From: a virus
Virus record (IMG/VR): IMGVR_UViG_3300045988_174992
Length of the DNA stretch: 64,000 bases
Direction: 5' to 3' (one strand)
The translations under genes and the position numbers were made by a program. Each line of letters opens with the position of its first letter. Positions within the stretch are counted from its first letter, which is position 1. Below the pieces are notes generated by a model, which was given only the letters and a program-made list of their open reading frames with translations, was not told the DNA's origin and did not search any database. Shown here one piece after another: positions 63,962 to 64,000 of this stretch.

Positions 63962-64000
63962 AATACGCTTAGTTTCATTACAAAGCTCGGCAATCTCAGG

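Overview
This window is a strongly AT-rich, gene-dense stretch of a large, apparently virulent tailed-phage genome. I saw no integrase, rRNA, tRNA or CRISPR array. It holds about 95 protein genes. Most lie on the minus strand in short operons, each preceded by a recurring phage promoter (TTTGAAAT-N12-14-TTCTATATT, about 19 copies) and closed by hairpin terminators. Plus-strand islands carry nucleotide-metabolism genes (1-3117), TnpB plus a tail-fibre array (30844-39225), a helicase block (46806-50705) and a papain-like peptidase (53801-54421). Products I recognise from motifs: ThyX, a PD-(D/E)XK nuclease, NMN adenylyltransferase, a Nudix hydrolase, RtcB, a ligase-like protein, two sigma-70-family proteins, an SF2 helicase, a dNMP-kinase-like protein, dUTPase, an NlpC/P60-like plus GH24-like hydrolase, and BspA/DUF285-type LRR fibre proteins. 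Only the C-terminal half of a T4-gp43-type family-B DNA polymerase is present, next to a Vsr/DUF559-like endonuclease. The most interesting signals are: (i) an N-terminal decapeptide resembling the T4 capsid-targeting sequence on about 10 otherwise unrelated ORFs, including a sigma factor and a ligase-like enzyme; (ii) a conserved ~90-100-nt helix-closed element at three intergenic sites in both orientations; (iii) a 266-bp element bounded by 34/35-bp inverted repeats; (iv) the split polymerase; (v) TnpB sitting between divergent modules; (vi) cassette-like fibre paralogs sharing N- and C-terminal modules. All functional calls come from motif reading by eye. No database search was possible.
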